A stretch of 36,642 bases of DNA from Candidatus Berkelbacteria bacterium (GCA_016187225.1 JACPKC010000003.1:1-36642), one strand, 5' to 3'. Positions 26,572 through 36,194 are shown, numbered from the stretch's first letter. The notes: generated from the sequence alone by a model not told the origin. Numbers and translations are program-made.

Positions 26572-28026
26572 CATAAGTGCGTTATAGCGCTCGGGGTTTT
26601 GTTTTTGCCACTCCCGAGCGCGGCGGCGAATTCTTTGAATGGCGTTGTCCCAGCTTTTGTGATGCTTGGGACTTTGAAGTCTCTCTGCGGCTTTGGCATT
26701 GATGAGAGTAAAAGGAAGATTGACAATATCAAACAGGCTTGCTCGTTCGAGCTCGCTTAGATGCAAAGCATCCAAAAGTTCTCGAAGTAAACACGCGCAT
26801 TCATTTGTGTTGATCCACTCCTCCGTGAAACAGTTTCCCAAAGAAACTCTTTCATGATAAGTCTCACCACTTTCACGCGAGATGGGCTGGTCGAGCGAAA
26901 AACAAATCTTCTCTGGAGTTCGGCGCTGGCGGCGCGACCAAACAACCAGATCAATTAATTTGCGCCGCACGACCATCTTCATGAAGCTTCGCAAACCCCG
27001 TTTTGCAAGCGGGTTCCAATCGCGAATCGCTTCATAAAACCCCTCGTTAACAGTTGAATCGATCTCATCGCGATCATTGATCCTTTGGAGAAAAAAATAC
27101 CAACGCAGGTGCTTCGTTGCCTGACGGCAAAGCTGATACAATTTCTCCCAGGCTTCCTGATCTCCTTTTTTTGCCCGGCGCCACAAGAAGAGCTGCTCCA
27201 CGGGCTCATCCCTTCTCATGACTATCTCTGCTTCAAGTTTGAGACTTTGAAGCATCTCCTTAATGCGGGGGTCGCGCGTTTTTGGGGTTAAATCCTGGCC
27301 TCTCAAGAAACGATAGGCGTGCGTGATAGTCCGAAAGCCGAGGGAGAATTGTCTTATGATGGCATTCAACCCCTTGCCTTCGAAACACGCCTTCTGAACC
27401 TGCTCCAATTGTGTTTTCAAACATACTCGACATACGCTCACGCCCGCATGTCGGTTCTGCGTTAATTCCCCGCATAAAATACAAGATTGGGCACTTTCAT
27501 TGCTAGTAAGAAAACAGGCGCGACAGAATCCTTTGGCTTTGTGTGTGCGCAGTGTTGTCCCGCACCCTAGACACGCATCAAAATCAAGCGACCATTTGCT
27601 CTGTCTTTCTTGAGCGCACTTTTGGCACCAGATCATCTTTTGCTTAAGCTTGGGCCTTGGCGCAAAATTGCGAACCGTCGGCTGGCCACAACGATTACAT
27701 ACGCGCTGGCCGTGATGGCGCCAGCTTTGGGTGTAGCAGTTTTTGCACAACCCTCTGCTCTCGCAAGGCATTTGGGTTGTCCCACAGTTGATGCAAGCAT
27801 CATAAATACAGCTCCATGCCTGCAAACGCAACTCGGCACAGATACTGCACAAAACTGTGCCCGTATTTTTTGGTGCGCAATTACGAATTATCTCCTTGCC
27901 ACATCTATCACATTGACGATGTCGCAAGCCATTTTTTTGGAACTGTTTGTAACATGAAGCGCACAGTCCGCGCTTCACAGCGCCAGTTTTAATTTGGTCG
28001 CACTCTTTGCACGCTCGGGTATTCAC
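26560..28026 (-). CDS. Sigma-70 family (ECF-like region 2 and region 4) factor with an N-terminal triple-repeat poly-zinc-ribbon domain
   Basis: The first 200 aa or so contain 12 CxxC pairs arranged as three repeats. The C-terminus has region-2-like sequence (AKKGDQEAWEKLYQ...FYEAIRDWNP...FMKMVVRRKLIDL) and a region-4-like stretch (LSELERASLFDIV). I chose the GTG at 28026 because AAGGAGGTG lies 5 nt upstream. The ORF track extends to 28077. Confidence 0.7.
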   Translation of the reverse strand: MNTRACKECDQIKTGAVKRGLCASCYKQFQKNGLRHRQCDRCGKEIIRNCAPKNTGTVLCSICAELRLQAWSCIYDACINCGTTQMPCESRGLCKNCYTQSWRHHGQRVCNRCGQPTVRNFAPRPKLKQKMIWCQKCAQERQSKWSLDFDACLGCGTTLRTHKAKGFCRACFLTSNESAQSCILCGELTQNRHAGVSVCRVCLKTQLEQVQKACFEGKGLNAIIRQFSLGFRTITHAYRFLRGQDLTPKTRDPRIKEMLQSLKLEAEIVMRRDEPVEQLFLWRRAKKGDQEAWEKLYQLCRQATKHLRWYFFLQRINDRDEIDSTVNEGFYEAIRDWNPLAKRGLRSFMKMVVRRKLIDLVVWSRRQRRTPEKICFSLDQPISRESGETYHERVSLGNCFTEEWINTNECACLLRELLDALHLSELERASLFDIVNLPFTLINAKAAERLQSPKHHKSWDNAIQRIRRRAREWQKQNPERYNALMSAF

Positions 28027-28088
28027 AATTCCACCTCCTTGTAAAAGAATCGACCGTAGAAACGGCCGCTTGCCCACAAGCTAACTGA

Positions 28089-30035
28089 TTAGAGTTTTTC
28101 TTTCAAGTGAGCGGGGATTTCACTCAAGAAACGAGAACTGGGGTTGGCTTGAATGCTCCCATAAAGCAAGCGCGAGTTGGCGCACAGAAGATACAAGCGT
28201 TGTTTGGCTCGAGTCATGCCCACATAGCAGAGTCGACGCTCTTCTTCCATCTGGGCGGGATCCGAAAGCGCTCGAGCATGTGGAAAAATCCCCTCCTCCA
28301 CCCCTACGATGAACACAACCGGAAACTCAAGACCTTTTGCGTTATGAAGTGTCATTAAGGTTACGGCTTCATGCGTTGGGTCATAGTTATCAACATCGGA
28401 AATTAAACTGGTTGCCTCTAAAAATTCCTGCAACGTGGTGTAACTTTCAGCGACGGATTTTAATTCCTTAACGTTTTCCCAGCGACTCTCGCCTTCAACA
28501 CTGCCATCGAGCAAAAAATCGCGATAACCGCTTGTCACCGCAATCTGCTCAATGAGATCTCGCACCGAGTGAGCGCTCGCATAAGACCGAAACGACTTAA
28601 CAAGTATGACAAAGTTTTTGACCTTAAGATTTTTCTCGGCGGTTACCGTGAGACCTTCAGAACGAATCACTTCAAGCGCCTTCTTGCCAATTCCGCGCGT
28701 CGGCGCCCCGCTCGCTCGCTCAAAGGCAATTAAGTCATTGGGGTTTGCGACCGCGCGCAGATACGCGAGCATATCCTTGATCTCTTTCCGTTCGTAAAAT
28801 TGAACCGCGCCGACTAAACGATAAGGCACCTCGCGGCGTAAAAACGTTTCTTCTAAAAGTCGCGATTGAGCATTTGTTCGATAAAGCACGGCAAAATTAT
28901 TGAGGCTTGAAAATTCGCGGCGCAAACTGGTAATTTCAGTCGCAACAAAATCAGTTTCATCGATCCCATCGAGCGCTTCGTAAAGCGTGACGGGTGCGCC
29001 CTGGCCATTTTCAGTCCAAAGCTTTTTCTCGGTTCGCTGGTAGTTATTTTTAATCACCGCATCGGCCGCATCGAGAATTGTTTGAGTTGAACGATAGTTC
29101 TGCTCGAGCTTGATAATTGTTGTATTGGGATAATCAGATTCAAAGTTCAGAATGTTGCGAAAATTTGCCCCCCGCCAGCCGTAGATCGCCTGGTAATCGT
29201 CGCCAACCACACAGATATTGCCATGAGTAGCCAAGAATTTCACAAAACGATATTGAGCCAAATTGGTGTCTTGGTATTCATCGATCAATACGTGTTGAAA
29301 AAGGTTCTGGTAATCGGTTAAAATTGCAGGATTTTTTTCAAAAAGCTCAACGGTGAGCATCAACAGATCGTCGAAATCGAGAGCGTTGGCCGTTTTGAGG
29401 GCTGTCTGATAGCGCTTGTAGACCTTGGCAACAATTTCCATGAAATAGCCGTCGGCCTGGATTGCATACTGGCTCGACGAGAGGAGCTCGTTTTTGGCGC
29501 CCGAGATAAAGTTACGCACGGTCTGCGGGTTAGTCGATTTGGGATCATAGCCGAGTTCAGTTAAGATGCGTTTAACAAGAGTGAGCGAATCGCCCGAGTC
29601 GTAGATTGTAAAATCCGGGCGATAGCCGAGCGCTCCGACATCTCGCCGCAGAATCCGCACACAGATGGAATGAAAGGTGCCAAGCCAAGGAAAATGGTTC
29701 GGATATCGGTTCAAATTTTGGTCATTGGTCGTTGGAGTTTGTCTGAACATTGGCGCCTGGACATTGAGCATTAACTTGGCAAGACGCTCTCTCATCTCGC
29801 CCGCGGCTTTATTGGTAAAGGTAACCGCCAAAATATTGTGCGGTTTTACCCCCTGTTCAACTAAATACGCAATTCGATGAGTGAGGGTTTTAGTCTTGCC
29901 CGAACCGGCGCCGGCAAGAATTAAAACAGGCCCCAGAGTGCAGGCGGCCGCTTCGCGTTGCATTGGATTGAGCTCATCCAAAATGGACGAACTGGACGTT
30001 TGCAGAGTCGCAATCGATACTCCACGGTTGCTCAT
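28089..30035 (-). CDS. pcrA: ATP-dependent DNA helicase PcrA/UvrD (SF1)
   Basis: It has Walker A (AGAGSGKT), DEYQDT, the VGDDYQAIYGWRGA motif, and TLHNAKGLEF...YVGMTRA. The start is uncertain. The ATGs at 30035 and 30068 and the ORF maximum at 30122 are all possible, and the last two overlap dnaB. Confidence 0.9.
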   Translation of the reverse strand: MSNRGVSIATLQTSSSSILDELNPMQREAAACTLGPVLILAGAGSGKTKTLTHRIAYLVEQGVKPHNILAVTFTNKAAGEMRERLAKLMLNVQAPMFRQTPTTNDQNLNRYPNHFPWLGTFHSICVRILRRDVGALGYRPDFTIYDSGDSLTLVKRILTELGYDPKSTNPQTVRNFISGAKNELLSSSQYAIQADGYFMEIVAKVYKRYQTALKTANALDFDDLLMLTVELFEKNPAILTDYQNLFQHVLIDEYQDTNLAQYRFVKFLATHGNICVVGDDYQAIYGWRGANFRNILNFESDYPNTTIIKLEQNYRSTQTILDAADAVIKNNYQRTEKKLWTENGQGAPVTLYEALDGIDETDFVATEITSLRREFSSLNNFAVLYRTNAQSRLLEETFLRREVPYRLVGAVQFYERKEIKDMLAYLRAVANPNDLIAFERASGAPTRGIGKKALEVIRSEGLTVTAEKNLKVKNFVILVKSFRSYASAHSVRDLIEQIAVTSGYRDFLLDGSVEGESRWENVKELKSVAESYTTLQEFLEATSLISDVDNYDPTHEAVTLMTLHNAKGLEFPVVFIVGVEEGIFPHARALSDPAQMEEERRLCYVGMTRAKQRLYLLCANSRLLYGSIQANPSSRFLSEIPAHLKEKL

Positions 30036-30057
30036 CGCATTCGGCAAAGGGTACCCG

Positions 30058-31425
30058 TTACTTTTCATGTTTGCGATCGATTGATCGGAACTTGGTCTGC
30101 GCCGGCATAAAAAAAAGCTCAAGGTCGCCGATCGGTCCGTTTCGATGCTTGCGAATCAAAATTTTGGCGATGTTTTTATTTTCGGTTTCAGGATTGTAAT
30201 AATCTTCGCGATATAAAAAGATCACCACATCTGAATCTTGTTCAATTGATCCCGAGTCGCGTAAGTCGGAAAGCTGGGGAATATGGTTCGGGCGCGCTTC
30301 AACAGTCCGATTTAATTGCGATAAAGCGACGACTGGTATGTTAAGTTCGCGCGCAATCCCCTTCAAGCCACGCGAAATGTCAGAGATTTCTTGAACGCGA
30401 TTATTGTCTCGCGTCTGCCGACCCTGCATGAGTTGGAGATAATCAATTACAATCATGCCAACACCATGTTCGAGTTGAAGGCGGCGCGCTTTTGTGCGTA
30501 CCTCCATCACAGTCATATTCGGCTGATCGTCAATAAAGAGCGGGGCGTCTGCCAGCACGCCCATTGCATAGTTGAGTTGATCAAAATCCTCATTTGCGAG
30601 ATTGCCAGTGCGCAATTTCCAGGAATCAACCCCCGCTTCGCCAGCAATTAAACGATCCACAAGTTGATCTTTGGATTGCTCAAGTGAGAAAAAACCCGTT
30701 GGCACTTGATGCTGAACTGCCGCCTGGTGGGCAATGTTGAGCGCAAAAGAGGTTTTACCCATTGAGGGGCGGGCGGCAATGATAATTAAATCCGATTTCT
30801 GAAAACCTGAAAGTAAATTGTCAAGCTCGCGAAAACCAGTTGGAACGCCGCGAGTTTGGCCCTTGTGCTCATGGAGCTGTTCGATACGTTCGAAAGCACG
30901 TGTCAGAATTGCTTTGACTGGTTCAAAATACTGTCGAATCGACTGTTCCGAAAGTTGAAAAATCAGCCGCTCGGCTTCGTCAACCAACTCTTCGATCGGT
31001 CGCTCCTCCTGATAGCCAAGTTCATTGATAGCGGTTGCAATCGTAATCAGATGCCGCAACATCCCTTTTTCATGAACAATTCGCGCATAATGGAGCACGT
31101 TGGCGGCTGAAGGCACACGGCTTGTCAGGGTAGCAATCGCACTCGCTCCACCAATCCTTTTAAGCTCTTTAGCGCGTTCGAGTTCATCGGTGACTGTAAC
31201 CACGTCAATCGCTCGTCTTTGTTCAAACAATCGCAGAATCGCCTCAAAAATCACCTGGTTTTCAGGGCGGTAAAAATCCTCTGGTTTAAGGGTATCCGCA
31301 ACTTTAATGATCGCATTCTGATCAAGTAGAAGCGCGCCCAGCACCGATTGTTCCGCCTCGAGCGCCTGGGGCGGTAAACGCATGCCCTCTTTGAGTTGAA
31401 TGGGAAGCGTCAATGTTCTAGCCAT
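30058..31425 (-). CDS. dnaB: Replicative DNA helicase DnaB
   Basis: The N-terminus is LPPQALEAEQSVLGALL. It has Walker A (ARPSMGKTSF), IVIDYLQLM and the SQLNR motif. Confidence 0.95.
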   Translation of the reverse strand: MARTLTLPIQLKEGMRLPPQALEAEQSVLGALLLDQNAIIKVADTLKPEDFYRPENQVIFEAILRLFEQRRAIDVVTVTDELERAKELKRIGGASAIATLTSRVPSAANVLHYARIVHEKGMLRHLITIATAINELGYQEERPIEELVDEAERLIFQLSEQSIRQYFEPVKAILTRAFERIEQLHEHKGQTRGVPTGFRELDNLLSGFQKSDLIIIAARPSMGKTSFALNIAHQAAVQHQVPTGFFSLEQSKDQLVDRLIAGEAGVDSWKLRTGNLANEDFDQLNYAMGVLADAPLFIDDQPNMTVMEVRTKARRLQLEHGVGMIVIDYLQLMQGRQTRDNNRVQEISDISRGLKGIARELNIPVVALSQLNRTVEARPNHIPQLSDLRDSGSIEQDSDVVIFLYREDYYNPETENKNIAKILIRKHRNGPIGDLELFFMPAQTKFRSIDRKHEK

Positions 31426-32975
31426 TAGACGTGTTCCCCGAGTTTTTCCTGACCAAAAACTTCTAGGACATCTGCCTCTAAATCGAGGGCGGTGCGAGTC
31501 TGCGCAGTGGCTAGATTTTTGCCCCCAACCTGGCAGTGCACTTGGATCAAGCGTCCAACGACTGCCTGAAAAACTTCACCTAAAATGGCGGCGTTTTTAC
31601 GATCGCGCACGCGATCGGCGTAAAAGCCAAAGGGCACCTCGATTTGGCAGGTTGTTTCTTCAAGCGAGACAAGTTTTGCACTTCGCAGGAGCGCGGCCAA
31701 AGGAGCGTTTTTCGCATGAATCAAGGTGATGATTTTCTGCCAAAGCGCCGAAAGGTCGCTTGGCTTTTGGTCTTCCGCGTTTGACTGGAGCGACTCGCGC
31801 TGGATTGCAGTTTCGACTCCTGGTTTCTTCTTGAGACTATTCTGCGTCGGCGCCTCAACCTGAGTTTGTTTTTGGCTTTCCGCGCCGCGCACGCTTTTAA
31901 TATCAATTAAGGCGAGTTCGAGCGGTAGCATCGGTGTCGGCGCCCAGCGTTGCTGTTGTTTGGCTTCAAACAAACGTCGAATTAAGGCAACTAGCTCGGC
32001 TAAATTTTTTTTCGCATCAACTCGCTCAAAGAGTTTTTGCAAACCTTCAGAACCTTTTACTTGCACTCTGTTAGCTAACCATATTCCATGGCGAAGAATC
32101 ATTATTAAATCATCAGCGAGCACGGCTGGATCATAACCGTGTTGGGCAAATTTCTCCAAAATTGAATGCGCGAGTTTGAGCTGACCAGTGAGTACGACTC
32201 CTAAGAGCTCGATCAACTCCGCCTCGGGCGCGATCCCTAATAAAAATCGAACTTGCTCTGTGGTAATTTCATCCGCGCCAAGCGCGGCCAACTGATCTAG
32301 AAGCGAGAGAGCGTCACGAAGGCCGCCATCAGCATGGAGAGCGACTAAATCCAAGGCCTCGTCGGTGATAATAATTTTTTCCCTGCCGGCAATCGTGCGC
32401 AAATGGTCAACAATCTCATGGTTGAGCGCGCGTTTAAATTCGAAATGCTGGGTGCGTGAGATAATTGTTTCCGGCACTTTATAGAGCTCGGTCGTAGCCA
32501 GGATAAAAATCGCGTGCGACGGAGGCTCCTCCAAGGTTTTCAAGAGCGCGTTGAAGGCTTCCTTGGTCAACATGTGGACTTCATCGATGATGTAGACTCT
32601 ATAATTTTGATTGCTGGGCTTGAAATTGACCGACTCTTTGAGCGAGCGAATCTCGTCAATGCCGCGATTGGAAGCGGCATCAATCTCAATGACATTCAAG
32701 TTATTGCCCGCCCGAATCGCTTGGCACACTTGACATTGCCCGCAAGGTTCATAAGTTTTCTTGGGTGGTTTGTTTTTAGTTTTTTGATCGGCACAGTTAA
32801 GCGCCATTGCTAAAATGCGAGCAACTGAAGTTTTGCCGACTCCTCGTGGACCAGAGAAGAGATAGGCATGCGCCACTTCGCCTTTTTGAACAGCATTCGC
32901 GAGCGTGCGCTTGACATGCTCTTGGCCGACAAGTTCGGCAAATTTTTGTGGCCGATAAGTGCGATAGAAGTTCAT
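31425..32975 (-). CDS. dnaX: DNA polymerase III subunit gamma/tau DnaX
   Basis: The N-terminus is YRTYRPQKFAELVGQEH. It has GPRGVGKTS, a Zn module (CGQCQVC), IIDEVHML and the SRTQ sensor. Confidence 0.95.
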   Translation of the reverse strand: MNFYRTYRPQKFAELVGQEHVKRTLANAVQKGEVAHAYLFSGPRGVGKTSVARILAMALNCADQKTKNKPPKKTYEPCGQCQVCQAIRAGNNLNVIEIDAASNRGIDEIRSLKESVNFKPSNQNYRVYIIDEVHMLTKEAFNALLKTLEEPPSHAIFILATTELYKVPETIISRTQHFEFKRALNHEIVDHLRTIAGREKIIITDEALDLVALHADGGLRDALSLLDQLAALGADEITTEQVRFLLGIAPEAELIELLGVVLTGQLKLAHSILEKFAQHGYDPAVLADDLIMILRHGIWLANRVQVKGSEGLQKLFERVDAKKNLAELVALIRRLFEAKQQQRWAPTPMLPLELALIDIKSVRGAESQKQTQVEAPTQNSLKKKPGVETAIQRESLQSNAEDQKPSDLSALWQKIITLIHAKNAPLAALLRSAKLVSLEETTCQIEVPFGFYADRVRDRKNAAILGEVFQAVVGRLIQVHCQVGGKNLATAQTRTALDLEADVLEVFGQEKLGEHV

Positions 32976-33019
32976 ATAAAAAGAGGGACTCCCCTCCTCT
33001 AAATTCTTACTCTCTTGAG

Positions 33020-33484
33020 TTACTCTTTGGTTTGAATAATATCGTCTTCGAGTTTCAAGAGATCAATATCATCCGGCAGTTCAACGAGACCGGCGCGCGC
33101 AATTTCGGTCGCTTCATTAAAACGCCCTTGGTCAATCATGAGACGCGCGAGTCCAATGTAAGCATCTTTGGTCTCGGCGTCGATCTGGATAACTTTGCGA
33201 TACATTGCCTCGGCATCAGCCAATTGATCGTTTTCTACATAGGCATTGGCTAAACCGACTGATGTCTCAACCCGAATTTCATCGAGTTGGGCAATTCTTT
33301 CTTTATAGAGCTTGATCGCCTGTTCATGATTCCCTTCGGCTAGGAGCGTGCTTGGTGAGACAGTTGCTGTCGTCGACTGCTCTTCTAAAGTCGACACGCT
33401 AAAGACGGCGTAGTACATCACAACAACAGCTGTCGCGACAATCACGACGATTTTTAGAAGTGTGCGCTGATCGAGATGATGCAT
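33020..33484 (-). CDS. Membrane-anchored TPR-repeat protein
   Basis: It has one N-terminal transmembrane segment followed by about three TPR-like helical hairpins (AIKLYKERI..., GLANAYVENDQLADAEAMYRKVIQID, YIGLARLMIDQGRFNEA). Confidence 0.65.
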   Translation of the reverse strand: MHHLDQRTLLKIVVIVATAVVVMYYAVFSVSTLEEQSTTATVSPSTLLAEGNHEQAIKLYKERIAQLDEIRVETSVGLANAYVENDQLADAEAMYRKVIQIDAETKDAYIGLARLMIDQGRFNEATEIARAGLVELPDDIDLLKLEDDIIQTKE

Positions 33485-33537
33485 TCCCCTCCAAGTTTCA
33501 GGCTTGCAAGTATTGTATCACATGCTCAATGCAAGTC

Positions 33538-34461
33538 TCACGCTCGTTCAAGAATACCAAAGCCGCCCAAGACTGCCTCGCAAAGGTAATCCTCCAGCTG
33601 GCTCTGGTCGCCCTCGGTCTGCGCCTTGTAGAGATATGTGTAGTAGAGTTGTTTCTCTTCTTGGCGAATGATCGCCGGTGGAAGGTTGCTCCGTAAGAGC
33701 ATCGCGTTCATGAGGAGACGTCCAACACGGCCGTTGCCGTCGGAAAACGGGTGAATCTGCTCAAATTGGCTGTGCACCCTTGTCGCCAGGGCAATCATAT
33801 CGGTTGTGCGTCGCACTGTCTGCTTCATGAGCTCTGCGATCCGCGTTGGCACGCTAACGTGATTGGCAGTTGGCAAACTGATGCCCAAGATACGCACCGC
33901 ATGATTGCGATACGTTCCCGCATCGGCTTGGACTCCATTCATGAGGATACAATGCAACTTAAGAACGAATTCCTCGGTCACTTTACCGCCCCCAGCTAGA
34001 TGCTCGAACAGGTAATTCAGGGCGGTTTGGTGATTCTTTGCCTCGAGTTGCTCCGTCAAACTTTTATTTGGTAGCGCGACATTGTCAAAGAGCACGGCAG
34101 CGGTATCCGGCTCGGTGAGCATGCTCCCCTCAATGCTATTGCTGTGGTAGGTGAGTTTCAAGATAAACTCGTCGCGAATATCTGGATTAGCCAGGATCGC
34201 GCGCAGTATGTTCGGGTGCGTGGTTGCCTTGTTGCGTAGGAGCTTTTTCTTAGCGGTCAGTTGGTTGGCCGGAATGCGCCGCTCACCAGTGACGTTTAGG
34301 AATAGTTCGTCGATGGCCACAAGTTTGCTGGGGCGTGGTGTCGCCTTGCCGGTCCACCAGTGATTGAACGCCACAAATGACACTCCGAGTTTCTCGGCAA
34401 GTTTGGTTTGCGTTAGACCAGTGGCTTTCTGAATGATTTCGAGTTTTTGACGGGTAGTCAT
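33538..34461 (-). CDS. Fic-family protein (AMPylase-type motif) with an N-terminal XRE-type HTH
   Basis: It has the Fic motif HPFSDGNGRVGRLL and an N-terminal HTH (GLTQTKLAEKLGVSFVAFNHW). I chose the ATG at 34461, which has AGGA upstream. The ORF-track TTG is at 34494. Confidence 0.85.
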   Translation of the reverse strand: MTTRQKLEIIQKATGLTQTKLAEKLGVSFVAFNHWWTGKATPRPSKLVAIDELFLNVTGERRIPANQLTAKKKLLRNKATTHPNILRAILANPDIRDEFILKLTYHSNSIEGSMLTEPDTAAVLFDNVALPNKSLTEQLEAKNHQTALNYLFEHLAGGGKVTEEFVLKLHCILMNGVQADAGTYRNHAVRILGISLPTANHVSVPTRIAELMKQTVRRTTDMIALATRVHSQFEQIHPFSDGNGRVGRLLMNAMLLRSNLPPAIIRQEEKQLYYTYLYKAQTEGDQSQLEDYLCEAVLGGFGILERA

Positions 34462-34516
34462 AGCATTCCTGACTTCGTAATCAGATGATACCAAACTTTA
34501 TAAAGAAATTCAATAT

Positions 34517-34759
34517 TTAGATTGTATATAAAGTTACAGTTTCAAGGAATCTGACTGATTGCACAGTTAATTTGTCAATTGAAGAGACTATTTTCAAACC
34601 GTTTCTTTGAGCATAGGCATTGGGTGAAAGATTGCTGATGCCTTGGTGGGGCCGGCGATTGTTGTAGAAATTAATCCAGCGCTGGGTAGCCGCCAGCAAA
34701 CTCTCCCAGCGAGTAAGACGGTCTTCGTTTGGCAACGGCATACTTGAAGATGCCGACAA
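34517..34759 (-). pseudogene. Remnant of an rve-type (IS3/IS481-like) transposase C-terminus
   Basis: Only the tail WINFYNNRRPHQGISNLSPNAYA, an rve-domain C-terminal signature, is present. There is no catalytic core upstream. A different-frame ORF overlaps at 34594-34899. Confidence 0.6.
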
Positions 34760-34774
34760 AGCACAAGTTTACCG

Positions 34775-35125
34775 ATGTATCTCACCAAAGACACCTGCAA
34801 AACCTGCTGTCGTTTCATCGATGAGGAGTTGCTCGTGACGCTCATCAATATCATCGATGGCGTTACAACTTTCGACAAGCCCCAACAGCCCAAAAGCATC
34901 CTCGATCATGCCGTCAGTGCTATCAAGCAAATGAAATGGGAGCGGGAATTTGAACGCCATTTCGAAGGCGAAAAAATGCGGGTGCGCCGCGTTCATTATC
35001 AGGCAGACGTGGTGCCAGATCTTGAAACGATCGTCATCCGCACACGGGACGAGATGAATAGAAACCAAGTCCTAGCATACTTCGGCTGGTATGAGGAGAA
35101 CGTCCTCGGCTATCTTAGAAGCTAA
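34775..35125 (+). CDS. Hypothetical protein of 116 aa
   Basis: It is one of the few plus-strand ORFs and is followed by a hairpin with a T-rich tail. I recognised no motif. Confidence 0.4.
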   Translation: MYLTKDTCKTCCRFIDEELLVTLINIIDGVTTFDKPQQPKSILDHAVSAIKQMKWEREFERHFEGEKMRVRRVHYQADVVPDLETIVIRTRDEMNRNQVLAYFGWYEENVLGYLRS

Positions 35126-35130
35126 CGATA

Positions 35131-35159
35131 CGGCGCCCGTCAGGGCGCTGATTTCTTTT
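35131..35159 (+). terminator. Putative intrinsic terminator between the convergent ORF 34775-35125 and hicA
   Basis: cggcgccc-gtca-gggcgctg forms 8 bp with one G.T pair on the plus strand, followed by atttctttt. Confidence 0.55.
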
Positions 35160-35373
35160 AATCGCTAAAAACCTTGCGGGGCAATTTAGATTGGTTGACA
35201 ATCGCCATAAATGTACCAACGTTGATTGGTCGATTGCCGCCGTGAATAGGCACAGGTACGGTCGCTCCCGTTTGGGAGTTATACAAAATCTGGTGATTGC
35301 CCCGTTGCCGAGTTAGTTCAAAGCCATGCTTCTTCAAAATCTTGATCAGCTTTTTAGCCGGCAAAGGATGCAT
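35158..35373 (-). CDS. hicA: HicA-family mRNA interferase toxin
   Basis: LPAKKLIKILKKHGFELTRQRGNHQIL is the YcfA/HicA signature. I chose the ATG at 35373, which gives about 71 aa. It overlaps the hicB stop by 20 nt. Confidence 0.85.
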   Translation of the reverse strand: MHPLPAKKLIKILKKHGFELTRQRGNHQILYNSQTGATVPVPIHGGNRPINVGTFMAIVNQSKLPRKVFSD

Positions 35374-35635
35374 GACGTTTGCCCAGGGAGCGCTTTGGAG
35401 ATTTAACTTCAATTTCTGAAAAGATTGGACGAGTAACTTTGGGAGCAATCGACTCGCCTTGAGCCACTAACTCCTCAAGCCAAAGTTCAAGTACTTCCCG
35501 GGCCATTTTTTGCGCTTCTTCAAAAGTCCGACCAAAAGTCACACAGCCCAGAAAATCCGGAAATGAAACATCATAACCACCCTCTGAAGAGGGCTTAAAA
35601 ATGGCAACATAGAGTTGCTTGTTGGCTGACTGCAT
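35354..35635 (-). CDS. hicB: HicB-family antitoxin (N-terminal UPF0150 fold only)
   Basis: YVAIFKPSSEGGYDVSFPDFLGCVTFGRTFEEAQKMAREVLELWLE is typical of HicB. I chose the ATG at 35635. Confidence 0.8.
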   Translation of the reverse strand: MQSANKQLYVAIFKPSSEGGYDVSFPDFLGCVTFGRTFEEAQKMAREVLELWLEELVAQGESIAPKVTRPIFSEIEVKSPKRSLGKRHASFAG

Positions 35636-35796
35636 GTGTTGAAGATAGCAAACGACTTCAGTTATCCGCAATAGTCCCCTTGACACCCCCCCCGAATTTG
35701 GTAAGCTCCCTAGTTCTCGAACCTTGAAAAACTGAAGTCGATGGGTGGCCGCTAAGCGGCCCGTAAGTTTTCAAAGCCTATCGAGATGGAGGAAAG

Positions 35797-36027
35797 ATGA
35801 AGGTTCTGATCGTGGACGACAGCGCCCTGTGGATTAGGCAGGGCAAGACCCTTCTTGAGCAGGCCGGACACGAGGTGGCGGGCTTGGTGGTTTCCAACCC
35901 CCATGACTTCACCTCCGAGTCGCTACCCGAATCGGTGGCCGAAGAGCTCAAGGAGGCCGACGTACTCCTCGTCGACAAGGATCTTGGCGAAGCCGTTACC
36001 TCGACTCGCCTGATCTGCAGAAGGTGA
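35797..36027 (+). CDS. CheY-like receiver-domain protein, apparently truncated or frameshifted
   Basis: The ATG is preceded by GGAGG. It has MKVLIVDDS and LLVDKDLG receiver motifs. After the stop at 36027 a different frame continues as VIAKFEAAGEVDDRFKTCAEFIKSGNLDEL to about 36117. The stretch is visibly more GC-rich than its surroundings. Confidence 0.5.
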   Translation: MKVLIVDDSALWIRQGKTLLEQAGHEVAGLVVSNPHDFTSESLPESVAEELKEADVLLVDKDLGEAVTSTRLICRR

Positions 36028-36167
36028 TCGCGAAGTTCGAGGCCGCGGGCGAGGTCGACGACCGCTTCAAGACCTGCGCCGAGTTCATCAAGTCCGGAAA
36101 TCTGGATGAACTCTAGCTGGTCCGGCGCTGCTACTAGCGCCGGCTTTGCGTTCGTTATGGATTTTTT

Positions 36168-36194
36168 CAGCGCCCGGTGGGGCGCTGTTTTTTT
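36168..36194 (+). terminator. Intrinsic terminator
   Basis: cagcgccc-ggtg-gggcgctg is a perfect 8-bp stem followed by TTTTTTT. Confidence 0.75.

Noticed and set aside
32976-32996. Hairpin gaggg-actc-ccctc plus a T-run (minus strand) as a terminator between the TPR gene and dnaX
   Set aside because: The T-run ends 1 nt before the dnaX ATG, and the only purine-rich SD-like sequence for dnaX lies in the hairpin arm. Its role as terminator or translational element is therefore ambiguous and the stem is only 5 bp.
34594-34899. 101-aa ORF overlapping the transposase remnant
   Set aside because: It has no recognisable motif, and it overlaps both the rve-tail frame and the start of the plus-strand ORF. 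It is most likely non-coding debris of the decayed IS.
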